Assembly: GCA_977016875.1 (NCBI GenBank)
Contig: CDRNST010000221.1
Location: 124,001-188,000 of the forward strand
Direction: 5' to 3'
Origin: Pavona decussata
Lineage: Eukaryota
Length of the DNA: 64,000 nucleotides
The notes under the pieces were generated by a model, which was not told the origin of the DNA, did no database searches, and saw only the letters and a program-made list of their open reading frames with translations. Made by a program: the position numbers and the translations under genes. Positions 1 to 11,700 of the stretch are shown here, piece after piece; the stretch's first letter is position 1, and every line of letters begins with the position of its first letter.

Positions 1-100
1 TCGTATGTTAGTCATATGTTAGTCGTATGTATTCGTATGTATCCGTATGTTCCGTATGTTACACGTATGTTACCCGTATGTTAGTCGTAAGTCGTGTGGT
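1..100. repeat. Degenerate tandem repeat of ~10-11 bp units (CGTATGTTA core)
   Basis: Repeated tcgtatgtta/ccgtatgtt units; probably subterminal repeats of an element truncated by the window edge. Confidence 0.7.
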
Positions 101-1459
101 GTTTTAGGTCATGATCTGTGCTAATAACCGAGGAGTGTGACTCTCCATTAATTTAATTAAAATGTTCACAACATTTTCCTTCTGCTTCCCGTGGATTTAT
201 TTTTGTGCGCGATCAAAAACAAACAAAGAGGTTTTCAAAATACTTGGTCACGAAATTTGACTCCTTGCACATCACTATTTCTGTACTCAAAATGAATATC
301 ATTGTGTTTGGAAGAAGTAATTACTGAAAACGTACAAGCGCTTGCGGGATTTATATTTCATGAACATTTCACGCGAGGTGAAGGCGATTTGAAAATAGTA
401 AATCTTGTTCCACTCCTAGCAGTTTTTAAAACAGTGAAATTTAACTTATAATCTCGCTGTTCTCTAAAAATTGAAGAGTCTTCAAGTTTTGTTTGGTTTA
501 TAATTTATTATACTCCTATCAATTTGCATGGCGAGAGAAATATTCTGTCAATTTCGCGGCGTGAAAATTTTCACTATTTGCCAAGTTCATAAGCAAACTA
601 CATCAAGCCGCTCAATTGTTCACTATCTCAAGTACATGCAATCATGCACTTTACCCGCAGCACTTCACTTTCCAATGGAAACTACTAGTGTACATGTTTT
701 TTGCTTACCGCGCAAAACAATTAAATTACAGATGTACACGCACTCTGATTCATTTCAATACGCAAAGCAACGCAAAGGTGGACGTGTACGTTCTTTTGGT
801 GGTTTTACGTGGTTATCAATCGACAAAAAAGCGTCCAGTTTATCTTCCTCGCGTCGTGTTCTTGCCAAATGAAACATGATACATGTGAACAATTTTGTTT
901 TCCTAGCACGTGACCTAAATCTTACTGTTTTCTGTATGGTAATTAATACTCCTTTCTACGTTCAAACGGAAGAAGCTTTCAATCTTGTTGAAGTTACTAT
1001 TTTGGCTTTATCCAAGTGAACGTAAATATAGAAACACGTCAAGCGCTGATTGTTGCTGTGCATAAGCGAACTTTCAGTGTTTACATTTGTTCTGCTGCAA
1101 AGAGCTTATCGCTCACACTAGACCCCAACTGAAATTTATTTCGAAGCTTTAGTTTTAGTTTCCTACTTTACCCTTAGCCTTTCACCTACGGAATTGTCTT
1201 GAATCTTTAAAGTTAATTGAACGTGTATTTTTTTATATATTGCGGCCAGAGAAATAGAATGTTTTGTTCGGCTGTATGTAAATTCAATGTTTACGGCCTG
1301 ATCTTATCGATTAGGTTTGACACCAAAGGGGGTTTATCGCACTGTGGAATTTCGTATTCTTTCAGTGACGTTGTTTCCTCGGATTTTTACGGTAAGCTCC
1401 TTTAATTTCATGTTTGCGTTTGATGTTTTCTGCAACGAGCAGCTCCGCCTATCAAAGTG

Positions 1460-1548
1460 TAGCCCCTCTTAAAGATGCTCTTTTGGCTCGTCACGCAATC
1501 TTTCCTCCCCAGCGAGAAGAGCCAAAAGAGCGTCTGCGAGGGAGGTTA
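1460..1548. repeat. Short hairpin MITE-like element
   Basis: TAGCC...GGTTA ends with internal inverted repeat gctcttttggctc / gagccaaaagagc. Confidence 0.45.
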
Positions 1549-2217
1549 ATCGAGGTCGAACTTTTGGAAAATATCCGTCCCGAAAGGAAAGTTGCCGCTT
1601 AGTTTCGGTCAATGGAAGGAGTTAGCAGACAACACACATATTAGCTGTTTTCTTTTAAGAATACGTTATTCGTTGAGTTGATTTTACGACCTTGTTTTTT
1701 GTCCCGTAATGGCGGCTTATGATGAAACGACAACAGCAGAATACAGTTTATGAAGTAGAATCCATATGAAAATTAGCCATGTGGAATTTTTCGTGTTGAG
1801 CCAATGACGTCAATTCCTGTAATTTGAGCCTTAACTTCCGGAACAAGGCCAAGCAATGGCGGCCGTGAAATCTCGAATAAAAAGCTAAAAAAAAAAAATA
1901 CTTCCAATCGCCGTAAAGGATTGAAATTTGGTAACATGAGTAAGAAGGTCATATTCTACACGAAAATGCAAAAAGATGGAAAATGAAATTTTCGTCCCAG
2001 GGGCACTTTAAAATAACTCCCTAAAAATCCTGCCGGTGCGCCAAACTAGGACCCCAAACTATACTGCAGATACAAATAAAGGATAGATGTCAAAAGTTAT
2101 TCTAGCATTTTTTTGGGATGTCGGTTGGTTGTGTGATACGACTTCGTTGAAGTTTGCTTATTTGACAAATTTGCAGACGGACGCCATTTTGAAAACTAAG
2201 GGAGAGCACTAAACGCA

Positions 2218-2288
2218 GGAATCCGGAATCCGGAATCCGGAATCGGGAATCCAGAACAGAAAACTGGAATCCGGATCCAGCGGAATCC
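2218..2288. repeat. (GGAATCC)n heptamer repeat
   Basis: ggaatccggaatccggaatccggaatcgggaatcc...ggaatccggatccagcggaatcc. Confidence 0.75.
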
Positions 2289-5200
2289 TCAAGATTCAGC
2301 AATTAGATTGTCTGAAAATAATGCCAACGCAAATGGATATTTTTCGATTCGTGACACCTGAGAAAAAATCTAATTAAGTCGTTATTTCCACAAAATGAAA
2401 AATGATTGGTCTCACGGTTAAAACATGTCAAAAAAATCGCGCATGTAGTAAAGGAAAGAAAATTTGATAGTCTATATCTTCTTTTTGAAACTATGTTAAG
2501 GTTTCTGGAGACCACAAATATCACCTATAGTTACGGTTACATGTAAAGAGTCTCTTGAATTACAAAGTGAAGTAAGCAAATCAGTCAGAAACGAAGCTCG
2601 AAGTGGAATAAAAACAAATATCATGAAAGGATAAATGGCGTCATTATATGAAATTTGAAGCAAAGAACCCGGTTCGCAGTTTAATAAACGTCATCAGAAT
2701 ATTTACTAAAATGAGCAACCCACTTTGGAGCCGACAGTTTTCTTTCATGTTTCCGAAATGCGGCTGTAAACCGAAATCTGCACTTTCTCACTTTTGGTCG
2801 GTGGCGAATGCGGGATATGGATGTAGCATTAAAAAGCTCTAAAATATGTTTGCCAGCTTTGACCTTCTCCAGTCTCAATGCAAGATTCGCGTAAGCGAGT
2901 TTTGCTAAAAAAAAAAAAAAAAAAAAAGGTGTAATGGAAGTTGCGTGAGAGTGACGCAAAGTAACGCAAAGTGACGTTCCGTGTTGATCACGTGAATTTC
3001 TGTAAAACATTATTCGAAATAGACGAAAGTGCTGCACAAAATTCCTGCTGGAACGACTGATTCACAGTGGTGCATAGCTTGGCTTGCATAGTGGGGAACG
3101 TAAGATTAAACAGAGAACTAAGAAATCAACGGCAAAGAAATCAAGTTTGTTTGAGGTCAGTGACAGGAATGAGGTGAGTCACGGCAAAAATGTAGAAACT
3201 ATGCACGCTGTTTCGTTATGTTAACTTGTTACACTTTAGGTTACGATTTCAATTCACAAAAAGAAAAGAAAGGGAGTTTACAGTTAATACTTGGTACAAA
3301 TAGATGTTTCTAACGGCTTATTTTAATAAAACAATGGAAGTTAAAACAATTCAAGTGCGCTTGTTGTTCATTTCAAAATGGCGGATAGTGAAAATGTGCT
3401 CAGTTTGTACCCCAGGAGGTTTTTCGGTGAGATTCTTCGCGTAACGCAGGTATTTCTGGCTAGTTTGTTGGAGGCCCTAACGAGGCCTTTAAGAGAAGCC
3501 GTTGGTTGCTTTTGAAAAAAAAAATCGTTAAATATTTATAAGAAGGGTTGGCTTGCTCTGTTACAAGTCAGAGAACTAAAAAAAAAAAACATTTAATGAA
3601 TAGGACTTGCGTGTAAGCGGTTCAAAAGTTACGATTGCCTGATTTAGTAGCGTAATGAATGTTGACATTATTTGCGGTTTTGTTGACCAAAAATGCTGTC
3701 GATCGTTTAAAATTCGTTTCTCGTAAACGAGTAGTTATTTGGTTAAATGGATGTTCTTTTCATAAGTGTGGTACCAGGGCCTATCAATGTACAAAGCATG
3801 AGCGAATTCGAATTTTGAGCTGTGTTTGGGATTTCTTGGGTTTTTACAGACATTTACTCTTAAATATCAGCTAAGTAATCATTGTTTTGTGTTTAGCAGT
3901 AGTCCTAAAAGCCCGGAAAAAAGAGGTAAGCACTTGAGTTTTGGAATGCCCCGCCGCCCCATCAGTTTCGATTCAATGTCTCATCACATCTTCGAATACT
4001 ACTGTATTAGATCACTGTATTAGACTTTTATCCTTTTCACCACTACTACTACTGTACGTAATAAACGATAAGAATCCTTCAGTCGCTGGTCAAGTTCTCG
4101 CCATGTTCTTAGCGATACGTCAAGAAATTACGGTTTTCATTTTAATGCTTGCCGCGCCACAAAATTGTCATGTGTTTGTCAAGAAAAAGAAGAAGAAAAA
4201 AAAAAAGAATTGTCGGGATCGGTCATGCCAGTGGGCACTCAAAATACCAATAATAACGGGTTTTTGGCCTCTGGGTATTTAGTATATAAACAACGGTATC
4301 ACTTATTCTGGATTGACCTCGCGAAGTCTGCCTCAATATTGCACGTGACATTTTAATCCGGCCGCGTTTTATTTTACCCCACGGTTTCTGTTATTCTTTT
4401 TAAAGGAAACTCTTCACCGTTTTTTGGAAGCTAAATTTCAACTTTATAAGTAAGGAACGTTTTAGGGGCAAAATATGCTGAAACAAGATGAGAACCAACA
4501 TTGTTCACTTAGGCTTAGACAAAGCCTGGCACTTCCGTTTAAGGTTTTCGTTTTCCGCCGAATTAACCATAGTTAAAATAAATAAAAGAAATAAAGGACT
4601 TATTAATCACAGAATGATAAAAACTTTGCCCGATGTAGCCCTAATACCATTAGACGCGACAATAGACAACAAAGTATTCTTAATTTTAAATGAAGTTTAT
4701 TTAGATTATCAATGTCCACCAAGTAAAAAAGGACAACTTGGCAGATTGCCTATCATACCAAATAAGTACCCGATTCCCTTCTAAACTCGCCTTTTTTTTT
4801 AACCTTTTTAGTTTTTGCAAGTTTGTTTCTGTTGAGGGACTAGAATTGATAGTTGGACGCGAAAAAATGATGCAACCGACATGACGTGTAAGGCGAAAAG
4901 ATGGGAAGGCGCGGGGGGAGGGGGAGGGGTGGAGGGTGAAAGTGGGGGGGGGGGGGGCAAGAGACAAATAAGATACTGTGCTAAGGCTGAAGAGACGGAT
5001 CACGAGGCAGACTCAAGGTAACAAATAAACGTCGTATGGGGGTTACATGAAGCTGAATGAACCTGCTGGTCTTAAAAATCCTAACAGCAGTTGATGTCAA
5101 TCTGATATTCGAAGAAAAAAGTATATGATCTGCAGCCCAAAACTCAAGAGTCATACTCTTCTATCAGTTCCTGTTTGCGCGCCTTCTTGTCTCGGCGACA

Positions 5201-6814
5201 GTGTGAACGGATATGCGACTACAGGAGTAATACAACAAAAAGAACAACTCAACATCAACAAATACCAATGAACAAGAAATTTGTATTTTGTACTTGTTGT
5301 TTATAATTCCCGCAGCTAACAAGGAGCAAACGTCGGTACTAAGATAAAATTGCCAAAAATCAATCCTAAAATTAAAATGTCGTTGGTTACTACATATTAT
5401 TTCTAGCAGCTGTTAAAGAAGAATATAAAGTCTATAAAATCGAGTCTAAGAATAACCTTTAATGAACCTGAGACGAAATCACGTTTCTCTCATATCACTA
5501 GCACCGGGAATGCATGATATATCATCGTTGCCGAATTACCATTCCAAAAGATCCCACTAAACAAACTGGAAATGTTTCTATTAAAATGAGAAAAAAAGCT
5601 ACATGCTACTTTTTTACTGCTTATAACTACACGTTCTCTGTTTAGCCGATATATTCAGTCAATAAAAGTATAGAAAACCCTTACAAAAATGATGGGTACT
5701 CTTTCTAGATGTAACCCTGAACAACTCGGACGCTCACACACGCAAATCAATGCTAAAAGAACACTAAATAAATCACTTAAAATAACTTTACTTTACCGGA
5801 GACATTTTCTTCATTTCATTTCTTGTGCAAAGCAAACTAACACAACTTTTTAAAAGGAGCATGACAGGACTACAATACTACAAAATCTAAATGAATACAA
5901 ATGGTAAATATGAACTGCAAACTTCACTGCTTGAGCATAACAGCAACTAATAACCACCTATAAGATAGATGGCTTTTAATTTATTTGAAAGGAGGGAATT
6001 CTCGAAGAAACAATAAACCCTGAGTTTTGGCCTGCAAAGATTTGCACAGATTTTGCACTCCGTGAGATCAGTTGTCAAAGAGGTCACGCTGCCGACCAAT
6101 GAAAAGTATTGATGTTGGCAAGCTCTGAGACTCGTGGCAAATTCGCAGGAAATGCATAGCGGTCACGTTCTCCCTCACGAGTGTTTCTCTTTGCACGTGT
6201 ATTATAGTTTCAAGCGCCTAAACATCAAGTATGTCGTAATGCTATAGTCAAGCTACTCCTACAAACTATTGACTATCTTTACTTAATCTAAAAACTCAAA
6301 CGTTTGAACTACTTAGGGGTAATTTCGTAAAATAAATTAATTGACCAGTGACTTTTTGAGTAATTTCACTCAATGTTCGATCAGAAAACAAAAAACAGTG
6401 GAAACAATCGTCCTGTAACGCCGATTCATAATACATTCAAAACGGTCGTACAATGTTTTCTAAATAAACAGCTAAAGTCTGCTACCTTTCCCCGCAGTTG
6501 GCACCGGCCGGTAGCAAATGATAGCAACGGGCACAGGAACTTAACTAAGTTGTGATTAGTTCGGGACACTTGTTTCTATTGCCGTAATCGCGAACATAAT
6601 TGCTTTCTTTTGCTACCACAGTTTGAAAATGCTGCTTAGTATAGTTATTTCTAGCTTTTACATTTGACTGCTACAAGTTTGTTGTACGTATTTCTTCAAA
6701 TATTCACCCACTGATCTCGCATCGCTGGGATTACAGGCCCTTCAACAGTCCGTAAAGCACAATTCATATCAGTTGATATGCTGTAAACGAAGGGTAGTAT
6801 TGAACTGTTAATTA

Positions 6815-7099
6815 TTATAGCCTTGAGAGTTTGTCACTGACCCTATCCAGGATTCTCTTGGCAAGATCCAGGACCTCGTGAGCCGTCGTTTCTGAGTAGA
6901 CTTCATTGGGAATCTGGGGGTAGCGGACTTGGTCAGGATAGCGCATGCGTGTTGAGTCCACCACGCGACACTCCAACTTGTTTGCTAAGCTGTCCAATTG
7001 TAAGTCGTCCAAACGTGCGGCAATTCGTATTAGACTGTGTGCATGTGTCTTGAAAGCATCATCTGCATATTGGGCAGCCTTCAGCGCCTTCTCGGCAGC
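6815..7099 (-). CDS. SACS: Sacsin-like gene 1, last exon (C-terminal part of HEPN domain)
   Basis: Acceptor ttag|GCT at 7099; reads AAEKALKAAQY...THAHSL...RMRYPDQV...IPNEVYS...LSRL*; 285 nt, phase 0, continues from WACFKCHQ. Confidence 0.92.
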   Translation of the reverse strand, partial: AAEKALKAAQYADDAFKTHAHSLIRIAARLDDLQLDSLANKLECRVVDSTRMRYPDQVRYPQIPNEVYSETTAHEVLDLAKRILDRVSDKLSRL

Positions 7100-7304
7100 C
7101 TAAATACCATAAAAGTGCCATAGCAACAATGGTTTCATACAGCCCTTTCCCCCACACATCAAATGTTCCAAAACTGTACAAATGGTCTACAAATCTGCGC
7201 ACTAAGACCTTAACTCATTTAAAAACGAAGTGGTTTTATCGTTACCTGTCCCATTTTCAAAGTTGTTGCTATAAATTTTACGTTTTATTACATTGCTTTC
7301 AGGT

Positions 7305-7306
<2 letters not shown>

Positions 7307-7346
<40 letters not shown>

Positions 7347-7436
7347 CACTACCACTACCACTACCACTACCACTACCACTACCACTACCACTACCACTAC
7401 CACTACCACTACCACTACCACTACCACTACCACTAC
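7307..7436. repeat. (CTA)n then (CTACCA)n microsatellite running into an N gap
   Basis: Direct inspection. Confidence 0.95.
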
Positions 7437-7925
7437 NNNNNNNNNNNNNNNNNNNNNNNNNNNNNNNNNNNNNNNNNNNNNNNNNNNNNNNNNNNNNNNN
7501 NNNNNNNNNNNNNNNNNNNNNNNNNNNNNNNNNNNNNNNNNNNNNNNNNNNNNNNNNNNNNNNNNNNNNNNNNNNNNNNNNNNNNNNNNNNNNNNNNNNN
7601 NNNNNNNNNNNNNNNNNNNNNNNNNNNNNNNNNNNNNNNNNNNNNNNNNNNNNNNNNNNNNNNNNNNNNCAAAGTCTAGAGAGATTCGCTATTCCCACAC
7701 GTAGTTTGGGCCACCTTTAACGCCCCAGTCTATGTATAATCTTATAGCATACNNNNNNNNNNNNNNNNNNNNNNNNNNNNNNNNNNNNNNNNNNNNNNNN
7801 NNNNNNNNNNNNNNNNNNNNNNNNNNNNNNNNNNNNNNNNNNNNNNNNNNNNNNNNNNNNNNNNNNNNNNNNNNNNNNNNNNNNNNNNNNNNNNNNNNNN
7901 NNNNNNNNNNNNNNNNNGGTAAAGC

Positions 7926-8048
7926 ATTTGACAATAAAAATCTGCGACGCTTCGACGTTTCCAGAACGTCATTATTAAGTGCAAGTTCTGGAAACGTCGA
8001 AACGGCGTGCTGTGTTTTACAATATTTTATCGCAGATTTTTATTGTCA

Positions 8049-8051
<3 letters not shown>
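7926..8051. repeat. Inverted-repeat hairpin, possible Penelope-like pLTR remnant with degenerate hammerhead-like motif
   Basis: atttgacaataaaaatctgcga / tcgcagatttttattgtcaaat and ttcgacgtttccagaac / gttctggaaacgtcgaa; GACGTT-loop-AACGTC stem followed by GAA. Confidence 0.45.

Positions 8052-8119
<68 letters not shown>
8050..8119. repeat. (TAA)n microsatellite
   Basis: Direct inspection. Confidence 0.95.
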
Positions 8120-8121
<2 letters not shown>

Positions 8122-8719
8122 TTTATAGATTTAACCAGGGTGACCTCTTCAACATAAAATACTGATATCAATAAGGGCCCTGCAAAAAAAAGGAAAGAAC
8201 CTAAAAAGCCTAAATACAGCCACTAACGTTAAAAGTAATTAAAAAGCTAATGATCTATAGAATTCTAATTCTTAAGATCCTTCATTTCAGTTTGGAATTT
8301 CATTAAAAAGTTTTGATCCACTTAAATAAAAAGACTTCTCTGCAGTCTCAATTCCCACTTTGGGAAGCATTAAGTTCTTCCAACTTCCCCTCGTCTTGTG
8401 AGGTAAGTTCTGTGTAATTACGAATTTTGTTGTACCACATAACAACTAGAGAGCTAACCCACTCATCAATTCAATTCGGCACAAAATCCAGTCATTGCAG
8501 TGATCATGATTATCCTCATCGTCAATCAAGAAAATTTTTCCGATACCTGATCACTCCTATGCTTCTGCCTATTCCTATTATTCAAGGTCAGTGGTCCACT
8601 TTTTTTGTCTGTGGATGATATATTCTTATGGGTGGTCGGTCAGATGAAATATATTTTTTAATCTTCAACTCTTATTCAGGACTTTTGGAAGGGGAAAGTT
8701 AAACTTTCAGGGCACCTAC

Positions 8720-11700
8720 CTGATGGCACTTGAAACAAGCCCACTCATACGATGGGTTGTCAGCAGCTAAGTCTTTGGAAGCCGCCTTCAGGTCGAGTTT
8801 AGCTTGTCTGAACCAGCGGCGTGCCTCACCTGGTTGGGGATTCTTCTTACAGAAGCTTGGAGGAAAAAATGATTTCGAGCCAGCACTGGTTGAATCAACA
8901 CAGTCCCCAAATGTTCGCATATAACTTGCCCTGTATTCTCGACGTTGTGCATGATGTTGCCGGGCACGCGTTTCCCAGAAACCAAAGAAGGCTTTGAGAC
9001 TGGTTGCTGAATTGCTGTCCGAGCTATGGCTTCTAGCTTGTGCTTCACTGCGCTCCAACCTTGCAACTTCATTCTGTAGGTGCTGGAAAACCTCTTTGTA
9101 GAATTCCTCGTCTTGGAGGTTCTTCTCAGGATGCCACTGTAGAAATAATCGCTTTATGATTTTTCTCCTTCTTTTCTCAGGGAGCGACCATGCCATTTCC
9201 AGCGCCTCTGTAACTTGGGCCAAAATTTTCATTTTCTCTTCTGTTAGAGTGGAACTTGTATGTTGGTCTCGTAACCCAAGTGAAGAAGACTGGAGGCGAT
9301 GAAATTTGTACAAATCAGCCGATTCGGCATCCTGTAGCGGTTTGTCATGGCCTACGTTGACTTTGTAGAGTTTTGTATAGAGACTGGCGTCTTCTTTATT
9401 TGTGTCTTCAATGATAACGGCATAGACAAAAGTAGCATCTCCGCTCTCCTGATCCAGACTGGGATCATCCAATTCCAAACCAACATATTCTCCAGGGGAA
9501 AATTCTTCAAATGCTTCGTTTAAGAGATGATGGTCTTCGATCGGGATGAAATTTCCTGGCTGTGGCAAGACATTATTCCGTGACGCGTCGTAAGAGTCAT
9601 CTTGTCGAATTTGCATGTCGTCCAGGATTGACCATATCTTGGTGGGATCCGTACGCAGCATCTCTGGAATGAACATTGCCGTCTCCCGAAGCAACCCTTT
9701 ACATGCTTCTGCAATCACTTGCGTTAAAACCAGTGATACCTTGCTAAGGGTGTCCTCTACATCTGCATTAACATAGACCTTCCAAACAACTTTATCAGCT
9801 TCTGAGACCTTATCCACGAAGTGTGGCACTTCAGCTTCACTGCCTGGAATAAGAACTCCCTTGTACATCAGGTTGGTCTCAATTTTCTTCATTCCAAGGA
9901 ACTCGATATTCTTAAGCCTGTCTTCGACGGAAGCAATGACATTATCATCCAAGTTTCCACTTTCACGGTTTGCATGCCGAATGAGCCTCAAGATTCCATG
10001 AAAGAACTGTTCTGAGCAAAGTTGTTTTTTCAGTGAATCAGCCACGTTAAACCGTACAGCCAAAGCAACACCATCCGTGGAATCCGGCGAATGAACAAAT
10101 TTCTCCTCCACAACATCAGATAGCATCTGCGGTCGAAAATCTGTTGAAAGAAGCATGATGTAATCTTTGTAGTTCATGCATGAGTTGCGCTGCAGTTCTG
10201 CTCTCTTTAGTTCCACCACAAATAGTTCGTTGAAGCTCTGTAGGCGACTTTGGTACTGAGGAGCGTCATCGAATATTAGGTCAGTGGACTTGTGTAAGGT
10301 AACAGGTTGAGTCACACTTGCGCCCCTACTAAATACACATAGTGCTGGCAAGTAAAGTTTTGAGATACCAATCTCCTCCGCCGAGTCTTGTTGCAGACAC
10401 TCAAAGAAACCTCTAACCGCTCGCAAGGAACTTTGGATCTCGTTGGGGTGTAGCTTATTTTCCTTACTTTGATCGTGTAACATTTCCAGTACCATCGCGT
10501 AGTGGGACGACTTTACAGATTTCGAGCTACCCAAATACTGAAACAACTTGTGAAACTCTCCAAATTCTGGAGGGACTCCAAATAGAAATGGTGATATCTC
10601 GTCCCTCTCGTACAGCTCAAGCACAACTTGTTGAGCTGGAACGTACCTTGTGCCCTGCTCGACCAAAATGCAAGGTGCATTTTGAAGGCTTCCCTTGACA
10701 TCACTGTCTGTGGTACCGTTTTCCTGCAAAAATCTATAAATCTTTTTCATGACTAACTTTCTTGTGACACTCTGATCTTCTGACACTCTGGTATTGTTTT
10801 GCTTCACGAGATGATGAGAGATTTTGAGGCAGTGAGATGTAACCAGATCTGTGGTAGGTTGTGACAGAACGCTAAGACGTGACAGGGGGGAGCCGAAAGG
10901 AACCCTCATTGCAAACGAAGCTCTTGGATCTGCCCACTGGGGGAGTAGATGCGCTGTTGTCCAAACAGTCTCAGCATGCTCTAAAATGACAGAGTCTTTG
11001 AAAGAAATGTATGGAGTTTGGCCCTCTTCTTTTTCACCATACTGTGCGTGTAGCTTGCGAAGGTCATCGCGGACTGGATCTGAAACCACAAAGCGAATTC
11101 CGCAAACAGCCTGCAGAAGACCATCGTCTAACACGTGTAGTCGACTGAAAAGGTGGGAAACTAGAACCTTGGACTTATTGTCTGTTTCCGCAGTCCACTG
11201 CCTGTCCGCTTCCTCCGCTACCTCATCGACAAATCTCTTGAAATGATCGCAAGAAACTTCGTGCACCATCCCAATCTTCTTCATAAACGGTAGCCATTGT
11301 TCCGAGTTGAAAGGTTCAGGTGGAAACTTGTCTTCCGAAAGCATGGCTTTGAAAACATTGTTGAGAGGGTCATAGAAACAACTTGCTTTCTGCAATGTAC
11401 CATCACCTGTGGTAATGACCTCCGTGTTCCTCAAACAGTGTACCATCCTCTCTTCGTCAGTCGTCGGAGTGCTTCTCAAAATACAGTCTCGAATATACGT
11501 GAGGTGCGTCTGTTTTGTCTCCCTGCTGAAGACCTTGAAATGTGGACAGATGAATTTACAGTACACATCAATTGGAGAGATACTGTCAAATTCTAGAAAT
11601 TTGTATAGTCCAGAGAGGCCTTGGACGACTTCCAGAAACAACACATTAACTTCACGTTCTAGACTGCTTATTTCCACTCTCGGTATTCCACTAGGTAGGA

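Noticed and set aside
1-100. CRISPR-like array (also considered at 2218-2288 and 40080-41316)
   Set aside because: No unique spacers between constant repeats, no cas genes, and a eukaryotic context.
6815-7099. HEPN as an active RNase toxin
   Set aside because: No Rx4-6H motif in either paralogue.
7129-8157. Poly-Thr/Tyr-His/Ser-Gly/Ile and X-rich ORFs
   Set aside because: They are translations of microsatellites and N gaps inside an intron.
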